From positions 1 to 39,371 of the forward strand of contig JAWXBZ010000075.1 in the NCBI GenBank assembly GCA_034440375.1: 39,371 bases of DNA, written 5' to 3'. Source of the DNA: Candidatus Eiseniibacteriota bacterium. GTDB taxonomy: Bacteria > Eisenbacteria > RBG-16-71-46 > JABDJR01 > JAWXBZ01. Made by a program: the position numbers and the translations under genes. The notes under the pieces were generated by a model. That model worked only from the letters and a program-made list of their open reading frames with translations, had not been told where the DNA came from and ran no database searches. This document shows, in pieces, positions 9,482 through 18,046 of this stretch. Each line of letters begins with the position of its first letter. Position 1 is the stretch's first letter.

Positions 9482-10966
9482 ATGAAGCCATCTCCGTCAA
9501 TGTGTGTCCTGGCGGCGGTCGCGCTCGCCGGTGCCCTGCTGATCGGTTGCGAAGGGGGGATCAAGCCCCTCGAGCCCGGCTCCATCGAGGATAACGAGCT
9601 GATCGCGGCCTACGTCGACCCGAAAGACCCGACGCCCGGGGTGAACCCGCGCCTCCTTGGAGACGGGGACCTGCTCCCGGTGATCGACGGAGATGCGCAG
9701 GACAAGGAGTGGTCGGTGGCGCGGCCGCTCTTTGTTTACATGAGCGCGGATCGCGCCGTGGGTGGACGGGGTTTTTATGTTGAACTCCGGTCGGTCTGGT
9801 CGGATGAGGCACGGCTGGGCGACCGAAACTTCCTCTATTTCCTCGCCCGCTGGGCCGATGACACTTTCGACATCCTTCCGGACTACTGGCTCTATGCCCG
9901 GCCGGGAGCGCTGGGCCTCATTCCGAGCCCGGAGTGGGTCATGCGGGTCAGCAACAGCTGCGACTCGACGGCCGTTTCCGGTGCCAACTGGATTGTGCAG
10001 AATCCGAACGGCGCCGAGGATCAACTGGCCTTCCTGTTCGACACGGCGGCTGTGGGCGAACCCTCTGCCACCGGCCCCGAGGGGACATACGCCGAGGTCG
10101 GCTGCCAGATCGCCTGCCATGCCGGCGGCGGCCGGAACTTCGGCGCCATCGACAGCGGCAAGCTCGATCTCTGGGTCTGGCGCGCCGGTCGGACAAACGC
10201 GGTCGAGTCGACCGCCTACCCCGACCTGAACGTGGTTGATCAATTCTCCGGCAAGCCGACGTCCCGCTATCCGCGCCCCGACACCGAAAACACCTGGCCG
10301 GCCTGGATGGAGGACATGAGCCTCTCCCCGGCCGGCATGGCCAACGACGCCCGCGATCCGAATTATTGGACTCGGCCCGGCTATACCGGCCAGCTCTATA
10401 CAAAGAACAGCAGCACAACCCGGTCGGTGGATGGCAGGCCGATCCCGGCCTCCATCACGCAAAAGGTCATCTTCCGCCGGGAAACGACGGGTGGCCCGGG
10501 CGAAGAAGAAGAAGACGAAGGGCCGGTCAACGGAGGCCTGCCGCTGAAACTGTACCTCTTCGGGCCCCAGGCAAAGACCTTCACGGACTGCGATTCCTCG
10601 GCGACATCGAGGCCAATTGGAACCCGCTATCCCAACTGGAGCCAGAATCTGTCGCCCGGCGAGACGGACGTGATGCCCGGCTACCTCCTCTGGGTCCCGA
10701 GTGGCAGCGCGGCGGACGTGCGCGCCAAGGGGGACTATCGCACCAACCCGGCCAAGCGTTTCTCCATCTGGCAGGTTGAGGTGCGCCGGCCAATGATCAC
10801 CGGATTTGACGACGACGTCGCGTTTGACCCAAGGAGGGAGTACACCTTCACGCTGGCTATTTTCGACCAGTCCTCCCAGTTGCACTCGGGCTCCGGACCG
10901 TTGCGCCTCAAGTTCCAGCCCAGTCTCTACCAGAAGCCGGGTACGGCGGCGGAGGTTTCGCGATGA
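9482..10966 (+). CDS. Ethylbenzene dehydrogenase gamma-like (EB_dh/DOMON-like) lipoprotein, putative haem-binding
   Basis: Lipobox ALLIGC; family-like segments EDQLAFLF, GCQIACH, LDLWVWRAGRTN, MPGY, WQVEVRRPM.TG..DDV.F, YTFTLAIFD....H. Start ATG 9482 has AAGGA upstream (ATG 9446 is the alternative). Confidence 0.7.
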   Translation: MKPSPSMCVLAAVALAGALLIGCEGGIKPLEPGSIEDNELIAAYVDPKDPTPGVNPRLLGDGDLLPVIDGDAQDKEWSVARPLFVYMSADRAVGGRGFYVELRSVWSDEARLGDRNFLYFLARWADDTFDILPDYWLYARPGALGLIPSPEWVMRVSNSCDSTAVSGANWIVQNPNGAEDQLAFLFDTAAVGEPSATGPEGTYAEVGCQIACHAGGGRNFGAIDSGKLDLWVWRAGRTNAVESTAYPDLNVVDQFSGKPTSRYPRPDTENTWPAWMEDMSLSPAGMANDARDPNYWTRPGYTGQLYTKNSSTTRSVDGRPIPASITQKVIFRRETTGGPGEEEEDEGPVNGGLPLKLYLFGPQAKTFTDCDSSATSRPIGTRYPNWSQNLSPGETDVMPGYLLWVPSGSAADVRAKGDYRTNPAKRFSIWQVEVRRPMITGFDDDVAFDPRREYTFTLAIFDQSSQLHSGSGPLRLKFQPSLYQKPGTAAEVSR

Positions 10967-12447
10967 GCAGCCCCCACGGCTTCAAATCGCGCCGTCTGGT
11001 CGCTTCCTTCAGCGTGGTCCTTTGCCTGGCCACGGCCGGCCCGTCCGCGGCCGGACTCCTGAACGAGCGCATCTCGCGCGAACCGTTCCGTATCGGTTTC
11101 GGGCCGGGCCAGGCTCGACTCGACGGAATGGGGCTCTCCATCGCAGCCCATGATGAGAACAACGAGATCAACCTTTTCGATTTCGGCGACAACCCGGCCG
11201 GTCTCCTTTCGGACCGTGATTCCTGGAGCGTTGACGCCCGCTACTCGCACCAGGAGCGGTTTGATCGCGATCCTGGCTCCCACGGGATCGAATATCTCGG
11301 TGACCTCTGGTCCCTTCTCGTGGCGTTTCGAAATTCCGGGTCCCGCGCCGTTGGCGTCGAGCTTGACTATCTCGATACCAAGCTCCAGACGGGGGCGGGG
11401 AATTCCTACAAATACAAGCAGAAGCAATATCGTCTGCTCTACAACCAGATGTTCGGACGTCTGGCCGGCGGTGTCGAATTTCGCTACCAGGACGAACTGG
11501 AAGACCAGACCGGAGGCGAGGATTTCTACAGTATCGAACACAACGCAGCCAGCCTGACGGGGCTCCTCGGCCTCTCGTATGAGTTTCATCAGTGGGCCAG
11601 CCTGTCGGCGCGCGGAGCCATCGAGCGCACGAACATCGATGGGCGGGCCAGCAGTGACTCCTATGATGACCGATTCGACTGGGCGCAGCCGGCGGGCTCG
11701 ATCGAGGGACAATTGTTCGTTCATCATCCGCGCCTGACCGGGGCGGTAACGTATGGCCTGACCCAGGGCGCGGGCGAGGAAAAGGTCAATGCGGCCTGGT
11801 CGCCGCTCTTCATATTCAATCCGGGCCCGTACTACGTCGAGTTTGAGTCCAAGACGTTTACGGAAGACAATGAGATCAATCTGCTCCGTACGCGATGGGA
11901 ATATCAGGTGGTGCCGGATGTGGCACGGCTGGCGGCAAGCTATAGCGCCTCGGGCCGCGACTACAAGGCCATTTCCAATCCGCTGGTCATCGGTAGCCGT
12001 ACCGAACGCACCGTGACCGACGACCAGAACCAGTTTGGACTTGGCGGCAGCGTCACGCTGCTCAAGGCTCGCCTCCTGCTGGGAGCGGAATATGGACGGG
12101 TTGCGTATTCGCTCGAGGACATCGATCCGCTTACCGGATTCACCGAGGACACGACCATCGGGCAGTTCAGCGTCGGCGGGGAATACCTGGCAGCCGACAA
12201 CCTGGCACTTCGCACCGGGCTCAGCTTCCGTTCCATTGATCGGGAAGACCGTGTCTCCCCGACTCCGGATGTGGACTACCTGACGCGACGTCAGGGGGGC
12301 GTCTCGGAGCAGCTCCTGTCGGTCGGCGGTGGCTGGGTCCCCCGGGGAGGGGCTGTCCAGGTCGATGCGGCGTTTACAACTGGCATCGGGTCGGATTACG
12401 AACTGAAGCAGAAGCACGTGTCCCTGTACGCCCGAATCCTATTTTGA
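10963..12447 (+). CDS. Outer-membrane beta-barrel protein of unknown function
   Basis: Signal peptide; N-terminal ARLDGMGLSIA...NPAGL segment reminiscent of FadL/PorV-type barrels; many amphipathic strands; ends in VSLYARILF (BAM beta-signal). ATGA overlap with the upstream lipoprotein. Confidence 0.72.
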   Translation: MSSPHGFKSRRLVASFSVVLCLATAGPSAAGLLNERISREPFRIGFGPGQARLDGMGLSIAAHDENNEINLFDFGDNPAGLLSDRDSWSVDARYSHQERFDRDPGSHGIEYLGDLWSLLVAFRNSGSRAVGVELDYLDTKLQTGAGNSYKYKQKQYRLLYNQMFGRLAGGVEFRYQDELEDQTGGEDFYSIEHNAASLTGLLGLSYEFHQWASLSARGAIERTNIDGRASSDSYDDRFDWAQPAGSIEGQLFVHHPRLTGAVTYGLTQGAGEEKVNAAWSPLFIFNPGPYYVEFESKTFTEDNEINLLRTRWEYQVVPDVARLAASYSASGRDYKAISNPLVIGSRTERTVTDDQNQFGLGGSVTLLKARLLLGAEYGRVAYSLEDIDPLTGFTEDTTIGQFSVGGEYLAADNLALRTGLSFRSIDREDRVSPTPDVDYLTRRQGGVSEQLLSVGGGWVPRGGAVQVDAAFTTGIGSDYELKQKHVSLYARILF

Positions 12448-12449
12448 GC

Positions 12450-12479
12450 TTGCTTTTCTCACGGAAGTGCCGATATATT
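12450..12479 (+). promoter_or_regulatory. Putative sigma70 promoter upstream of the structured intergenic region
   Basis: TTGCTT (12450-12455), 18 bp, TATATT (12474-12479). Confidence 0.4.
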
Positions 12480-12484
12480 GGGGG

Positions 12485-12683
12485 TAGCTGAAGGTCGAAG
12501 GAGCTGAACCCTTCAATTATTTGGCGCCCCTCCTACCGCCGAATCCGGTGGTTGCCTGCTGCCTGACTGAGTCTTGCTTGCCGATGATCCCGTTCGATAA
12601 CGGGAGGTCATTGTCGTTCCATTGCCATCGGTCCGTCCGGACCATGGAGCAACGGGCGTCAATTCGTTGACACTTCGGTGTCA
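12485..12683 (+). ncRNA. Candidate structured RNA / cis-regulatory leader (unclassified)
   Basis: Closing stem 12521-12529/12654-12662 enclosing three hairpins, plus flanking hairpins including a C-UUCG-G loop. No known family recognised; strand is assumed. Confidence 0.3.
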
Positions 12684-12696
12684 CGGGTCCTATAGT
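12667..12696 (+). promoter_or_regulatory. Putative sigma70 promoter of the TBDR operon, overlapped by an inverted repeat
   Basis: TTGACA (12667-12672), 18 bp, TATAGT (12691-12696); TGACAC-TTCG-GTGTCA palindrome overlaps the -35. Confidence 0.6.
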
Positions 12697-12753
12697 CGCA
12701 AGACTTGCAACATCTTGTCGACCATCCGACACGTCCGAAAGGAGCCTGCATCG

Positions 12754-15453
12754 ATGTCGAGGGGTATCGCTCTCTTCCGGTCAGGGCTTGCCACCCTTGT
12801 CCTTTTGATCACTGCCGCCACCCTGGTTGAAATGGCGCATGCCGCCGCCGCGGGGACCATCTCGGGTGTGGTCATGGGCCCCACCGGCCAGCCCGAAGCC
12901 GAAAGCTCCATCCAGCTCGAAGGGACTGACCCGCCCATGGGCGGCAAGGCGGATGCCGAGGGACGGTTCACCATCCGTAACGTCCCGGTAGGTACTTACC
13001 GCCTTCTCATACGCAAGTCCGGCTTCCAACCAATCTCAAAGGCCAATGTCGTCGTCACGGCCAACCAGATCACCTCGCTCCGCTTTGATCTCAAGGAAGG
13101 CGTGGCCATGGAGCTCAAGCCCATCGAGGTCGAAGCCACCAAAAACCGAATCGACCGGACGAGGAGCAGCACCCAGCAGAAGATCGGCAAGGAAGATCTG
13201 GAAAGCCTGCCCGTCGATACCTTTAATGATGCCGTGGCGCTCAAGGCCGGCGTTGTCTCCCAGAACGGCGAACTGCACTTTCGGGGTGGCCGTTCGGGGG
13301 AAGTGGCCGTCCTGATCGACGGCATTCGCGTTTCGGATCCCCTCGCGGGCGGTGGTCTGGAAATTGCCACCAATGCCGTGGCCGAATCGGAGATTCTCCT
13401 CGGCGGCTTTGATGCCGAGTACGGCAACGCCCAGTCCGGTGTCATCAACATCTCCACCCAGGAGGGTACCGCCCGTTTTTCCGGCGCCCTCGAATACTCC
13501 ACCGATGACTTCGGGGCTCCCGACAAGACCTACAATAATTTCGACCGACTCAACGTCGGATTCGGCGGCCCGACGGGGGTTCGGGATCTGACCTACTTCT
13601 TTTCGTTCCAGGGGACATTCCAGGACGGCTACCTCAAGACGAACGAGGTCCGGCCGCGTCAGACGATCCTTGATTTCATTCAGGTCGGGCCCCGCCAGAA
13701 CAACAACATGAACTTTCAGGGAAAGCTGGCCTGGAAGCCGGCCCCCACGTCGAAGTTGACGCTTGAGTACCTGAACAACCAGTCCGAGCGTGACATCTAC
13801 GCGCACATCTTCAGTTTGAATGGTTTCGTTCAGACCCGGATTGATACCATCCGGGCCTCCGGACAGATCGTCAATCGTTATGGCCGCTTCAGCGCCGAGC
13901 AGGAAGATTCGACCTTTGTGTCCTACAACGCGGCCGAACACACGCCGAATGTCAATGACAGTTTCAACCAGCTGAAGGTGGTCTGGAATCAATCACTGTC
14001 GCTGGGCACGTTCTATTCGGTGAAGGTGTCGCGCTACGCATTCAACTACGATTCTCGCGTAAAAGAGCAGGAGCCTTGGGAGTACAACGGGCGATACCCC
14101 GACCAGTGGCGCAATGCCATCGACTTCACGACCAGCCGATTCTTCGCCACCAATGGTGACTATCCCCAATTTGCCGATCGGAATACCCAGACCTACAGCC
14201 TCAAGACCGACTGGACCCACAAGCTCGGAAGGCACCAGTTCAAGAGCGGCCTGGAGGCGATCTACAACGATCTTTCCCTGCTGTCGATCGACTTCCCCGT
14301 TTCGGTCAATGCCAACGGGCAGGTCGGCGGATTCCGCAGCCAGTACCACTATTACAATAACGAGGGGGCTTTCTACATCCAGGACCGTTGGGATCATGAA
14401 GGCATGGTGATCAATGTCGGTGGCCGCGTGGACGTCTTCTCGGTGGGCGATCAGCTCGCGGTTTCCGAGGTCGAAAACCGTTCGCGGCGTCAATTCTCAC
14501 CGCGCGTTGGCATCGCCTATCCGGTCTCGGATCGCGACGTCTTCTCGTTTCACTACGGGCGGTTCAGCCAGATCCCGGACCGGCAGTTCATCTTCGAGAA
14601 CCGCGGCGCGGCAACCCAGGTGCGCGGCAATCCAAACCTGGAAAACGAGACCACCGTGTCCTACCAGGCCGGCCTGCAGCACATGTTTACACCGGACATA
14701 TTCGGGCAGTTCTCGGTCTATTTCAAGGATATCTTCGGCCTGCTGACGATCGAGCAGCGGACCAGTGGTGACAATCCGAATCTCGTGCCGACCTACGTCA
14801 ACAAGGATTACGCCTCGGCCCGAGGCTTCGAGCTGAGTCTCGAGAAGCGCTTCAGCCACAATTTTTCGGGCGGCGTCTCCTACGGCTACGGTGTCGCCAG
14901 CGGCGTCGCCTCCGATCCGAATCTCCAGCGCAACGAAGAACTCCTCTACCTCCCGATCTCCGAGCAGCCCCTCAACTGGGACCAGCGCCACACGTTCTCG
15001 GCGCAGGTTCTCCTGTCGAAGCCGGCAGAGTGGGCGGTCAACATGGTCTGGTCATACGGATCCGGATTCCCCTACACGCCCACCAGCCGGAACGAGCGAA
15101 AGGTCGACCCATCACTGACCAACGCCGGCCGGCTTCCATCCACGACCAAGCTGGACGTCCAGGCTGAGAAGCACTTCAACATCTACAACCAGGACGTCAA
15201 GGTCTTCTTCCGCGGCAACAATGTTCTCGATACACGAAACCTGAACGATCTCGAGCCGGACAATTGGCCGAATCCTCCCGGCACGAACACCAATGATTAT
15301 CGCGTCTTCTACACCGAAACCGGACGTGCCGGCGGTGCCTTCCTGGGCGACGACGTCAACGGGGACGCCACCGAGGATTGGATACCGGTCAATGACCCGC
15401 GTGTGTTCACCGAGGGACGCAACCTGCGCCTCGGCGTGGGCGTCAAGTTCTAA
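12754..15453 (+). CDS. TonB-dependent receptor with N-terminal carboxypeptidase-regulatory-like domain
   Basis: AAGGAG RBS; signal peptide; GTISGVV...GRFTIRNVPVGTY N-domain; plug motifs LHFRGGRSGEV..LIDG and GGFDAEYGNAQSGVINI; barrel motifs FSPRVGIAYPVS, GNPNLENETTVSY, C-terminal GRNLRLGVGVKF. About 899 aa. Confidence 0.93.
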   Translation: MSRGIALFRSGLATLVLLITAATLVEMAHAAAAGTISGVVMGPTGQPEAESSIQLEGTDPPMGGKADAEGRFTIRNVPVGTYRLLIRKSGFQPISKANVVVTANQITSLRFDLKEGVAMELKPIEVEATKNRIDRTRSSTQQKIGKEDLESLPVDTFNDAVALKAGVVSQNGELHFRGGRSGEVAVLIDGIRVSDPLAGGGLEIATNAVAESEILLGGFDAEYGNAQSGVINISTQEGTARFSGALEYSTDDFGAPDKTYNNFDRLNVGFGGPTGVRDLTYFFSFQGTFQDGYLKTNEVRPRQTILDFIQVGPRQNNNMNFQGKLAWKPAPTSKLTLEYLNNQSERDIYAHIFSLNGFVQTRIDTIRASGQIVNRYGRFSAEQEDSTFVSYNAAEHTPNVNDSFNQLKVVWNQSLSLGTFYSVKVSRYAFNYDSRVKEQEPWEYNGRYPDQWRNAIDFTTSRFFATNGDYPQFADRNTQTYSLKTDWTHKLGRHQFKSGLEAIYNDLSLLSIDFPVSVNANGQVGGFRSQYHYYNNEGAFYIQDRWDHEGMVINVGGRVDVFSVGDQLAVSEVENRSRRQFSPRVGIAYPVSDRDVFSFHYGRFSQIPDRQFIFENRGAATQVRGNPNLENETTVSYQAGLQHMFTPDIFGQFSVYFKDIFGLLTIEQRTSGDNPNLVPTYVNKDYASARGFELSLEKRFSHNFSGGVSYGYGVASGVASDPNLQRNEELLYLPISEQPLNWDQRHTFSAQVLLSKPAEWAVNMVWSYGSGFPYTPTSRNERKVDPSLTNAGRLPSTTKLDVQAEKHFNIYNQDVKVFFRGNNVLDTRNLNDLEPDNWPNPPGTNTNDYRVFYTETGRAGGAFLGDDVNGDATEDWIPVNDPRVFTEGRNLRLGVGVKF

Positions 15454-15535
15454 TGAAGCATCTTGTCGTGTCGGCCAGTTCGATGTTGCCGGCAGCAACC
15501 GGGGCGGCTGGTGTTGGTCGCCGGAGGAACTCGGA

Positions 15536-17983
15536 ATGACCAGTCGCCGGCGGACACGCGGCCGAATGACATGCCTTGCGGCGATGATTGTCACGGCGGG
15601 AGGCTTGCTGTCTTCCTCCGGGGCCATCGCACGCATGGACCTGAACAACCCGGCCAACGGCGCCCGTGATATTCATGCCATCTACGCCATCCGGGATCCC
15701 TACATCTTCACGCACAATGTCGGGCAGCTGACGCTGCAGATCACCAACATCGGGATCATCGGCAATCCGTTCATCGATGAACTGTCGGCCGGCTGGCGCG
15801 GCGGTGAGTACCTGTATCTCGGCGGGCTCTGGCTCGGTGCGATCGGCGAAGACCAGGAGCCACACGTTTCCTCGGCCCTTCCGATCGAGTTGCGCCCGTC
15901 GCTCCTGCCGATCGACACGATCTATGAGTCGTACGAGGGCATCCGGGGTGGCAATCGCAATACCGAGGCGGTCACCGCCGATGACGACAGCGATGACCTC
16001 GATGACGAGGATTTCCAAAATGGCAAGGACGATGATTTCGACGGACAGATCGACGAGGACTTTTCGGCCATCGGCCAGCAGATGTTCTCCTGCGAGTACC
16101 GCGACAACACCGTCGAGGCCAGCAATCAGCTCAACGATCACCGGCCGCTCGGGCTCCTGGTGCGCCAGCGCTCGTTTCAATGGGCCACAGCCGACATCAA
16201 CGAGTTCGTGGGTTTCGATTTTGAAGTGATCAATATCGGCGACCAGCGTCTGAAAGACATGTTCATCGGCTTTAATGTCGATGCGGATGCCGGGCCCAAG
16301 TCAATGAACAACTACTGGGTCGATGACCTGGTCGGCTTCATCCGGGTCGACACCCTGGCCGTTGATCCAAACAGGAGCGGACAGTGCGCACGTCAGCAGT
16401 TGTCCATGGACATTGCCTATGTCTGGGATGCCCCGGACAATGGAACGACGATTGTTGGTGGCGACGTGCCCGGCTACTTCGGCGGAATGTTCCTCGGCCA
16501 TACCACCGATCCGGCGGGTGTCAAGGCTCCACTGCGAGTCGGCCTCTCGACCGTCCGCTGGACCTCGTCCACCGGTTCGTATCCCCAGGGCGATCCACGA
16601 ACCGACGCCGAGCGTTACGATCTTTTGTCGAGTCGGAACATCCCCACGCGGAATGCCAACAAACCGGACGACTATCGATTCACCCTCTCGGCCGGCCCCT
16701 TTCTCCAGCTGGATCCGGGCGACAAGCTGGTATTCCAGACCGCCTTTGTCATCGGAGAAGGCCTGGATGGCATGACGGAGAATGCGGTCAATGCCCAGCG
16801 CGTCTTCGACGGTCAGTATCTGGATGTCGACGGGAATCCGGACACCGGTGTGGATGGGGAGGAGCGCTGTCTCATCGCAGCCGATCCCCGCTTCCCGGTC
16901 ATGTGGGATGACCCTTGCGATACCTTGATGACATCGGTAACCATCAACTTCCGTACCTGTGTGCCGGCGGCATATGTCGATGATGATTGCAATCCCTGCA
17001 CCGGCGAAAGTGGCAAGGAATCGCTTCTCAACTGGGTCGGCACGACCGCCCCACCACCGCCCCTTTCCAACACGAATCCGGATCTGTACGGGGACGAGAA
17101 TGCCCCTCAGGCCCCGAATGTGGAGGTATACCTCTCGGCGCCGCAGGGCGACCGGAGGGTCATTCTTCAGTGGGATAACGTCTCGGAACTGTCGCGCGAT
17201 CCGATTAGCGGGCGCGATATCTTCGAGGGGTACAAGATCTGGCGCGTCGACAACTGGCAGCGTCCAGAGGGATCGATCGGCCCAACTCCCCAGGAGTGGA
17301 TGCAGGTGGCCGAGTTCCGCAAGAACCCGCGCGACAAGCTCGGCAGCAACTCGCCACGCAGCCTCCGCCGCGTGCTTCAGACGCACCGTGACACGCCGAA
17401 GGATACCGTCAGAATCGAGAATCAGGACTTCTACCGCTACTTCATCGGCAGGTACGAATGGCAGGACTCGTCCGGCATAACCAATGGCAAGATCTATTTT
17501 TATGCCATCACGGCATTCGGCTTGCAGACCCGCAGGAATCCGGTCACCGGCCTGCTCGAGACGATTGAACTTGGTGGAAGTCCAACGGCCGTCCAGAAGG
17601 AAGTCGTGGTCGCGTCATGGAAATCGGGGAGTGGTTGCAAGGCCGTCAAGGTCGTGCCGAATCCCTACCGCGGCGGAGCCGACTGGGATCTTGAACCGTC
17701 GGACTGCGATCCCACGGGAACCAAGATTGCCATTCGAAGTCTCCCCGTGGGGTGGACTTCGCTGAAGATATATTCACTCGCCGGTGATCTGATCATCGAT
17801 GCCGATCCGACGGATTCCCGGGTGGTGGGTACCTGCGACAACAGTCTTGGCAATTTGCAGTCGGGTTCGTTCTACTGGGATATGATCACGCGCAGCGGCC
17901 AGAATGTGGTGGCTGGCATTTACCTTTACGTTGTCGAAGCGCCCGGGAGTACCTGCCGGGGCCGCTTCGTCATCATTCGCTAG
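15536..17983 (+). CDS. Large secreted protein with fibronectin-III-like segment and T9SS type-A-like C-terminal domain
   Basis: GGAGGA RBS; signal peptide; acidic NGKDDDFDGQIDED motif; Fn3-like GDRRVILQWD...FEGYKIWR...NGKIYFYAITAF; C-terminal VKVVPNPY...LKIYSLAGDLI...WDMITRSGQNVVAGIYLYVV...GRFVIIR. About 815 aa. Confidence 0.8.
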   Translation: MTSRRRTRGRMTCLAAMIVTAGGLLSSSGAIARMDLNNPANGARDIHAIYAIRDPYIFTHNVGQLTLQITNIGIIGNPFIDELSAGWRGGEYLYLGGLWLGAIGEDQEPHVSSALPIELRPSLLPIDTIYESYEGIRGGNRNTEAVTADDDSDDLDDEDFQNGKDDDFDGQIDEDFSAIGQQMFSCEYRDNTVEASNQLNDHRPLGLLVRQRSFQWATADINEFVGFDFEVINIGDQRLKDMFIGFNVDADAGPKSMNNYWVDDLVGFIRVDTLAVDPNRSGQCARQQLSMDIAYVWDAPDNGTTIVGGDVPGYFGGMFLGHTTDPAGVKAPLRVGLSTVRWTSSTGSYPQGDPRTDAERYDLLSSRNIPTRNANKPDDYRFTLSAGPFLQLDPGDKLVFQTAFVIGEGLDGMTENAVNAQRVFDGQYLDVDGNPDTGVDGEERCLIAADPRFPVMWDDPCDTLMTSVTINFRTCVPAAYVDDDCNPCTGESGKESLLNWVGTTAPPPPLSNTNPDLYGDENAPQAPNVEVYLSAPQGDRRVILQWDNVSELSRDPISGRDIFEGYKIWRVDNWQRPEGSIGPTPQEWMQVAEFRKNPRDKLGSNSPRSLRRVLQTHRDTPKDTVRIENQDFYRYFIGRYEWQDSSGITNGKIYFYAITAFGLQTRRNPVTGLLETIELGGSPTAVQKEVVVASWKSGSGCKAVKVVPNPYRGGADWDLEPSDCDPTGTKIAIRSLPVGWTSLKIYSLAGDLIIDADPTDSRVVGTCDNSLGNLQSGSFYWDMITRSGQNVVAGIYLYVVEAPGSTCRGRFVIIR

Positions 17984-18046
17984 GAGGTTGTCCCTTTGGA
18001 CCGTTGCCGTGGCACAGAACGACCGGCCCGTTCCGGGAGGTATCAG

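Noticed and set aside
12481-12660. TPP or cobalamin riboswitch, or 6S RNA, upstream of the TBDR
   Set aside because: Only fragments resemble them (GGGGT..GCTGA..ACCC; AATCCGG..CTGCC). The TPP CTGAGA/ACCTGAT core, the cobalamin GGGAA...GCCACTG elements and the long 6S rod were not found, so it is left unclassified.
12517-12732. 71 aa minus-strand ORF in the structured intergenic region
   Set aside because: No clear RBS or motif, and it runs across plus-strand promoter elements.
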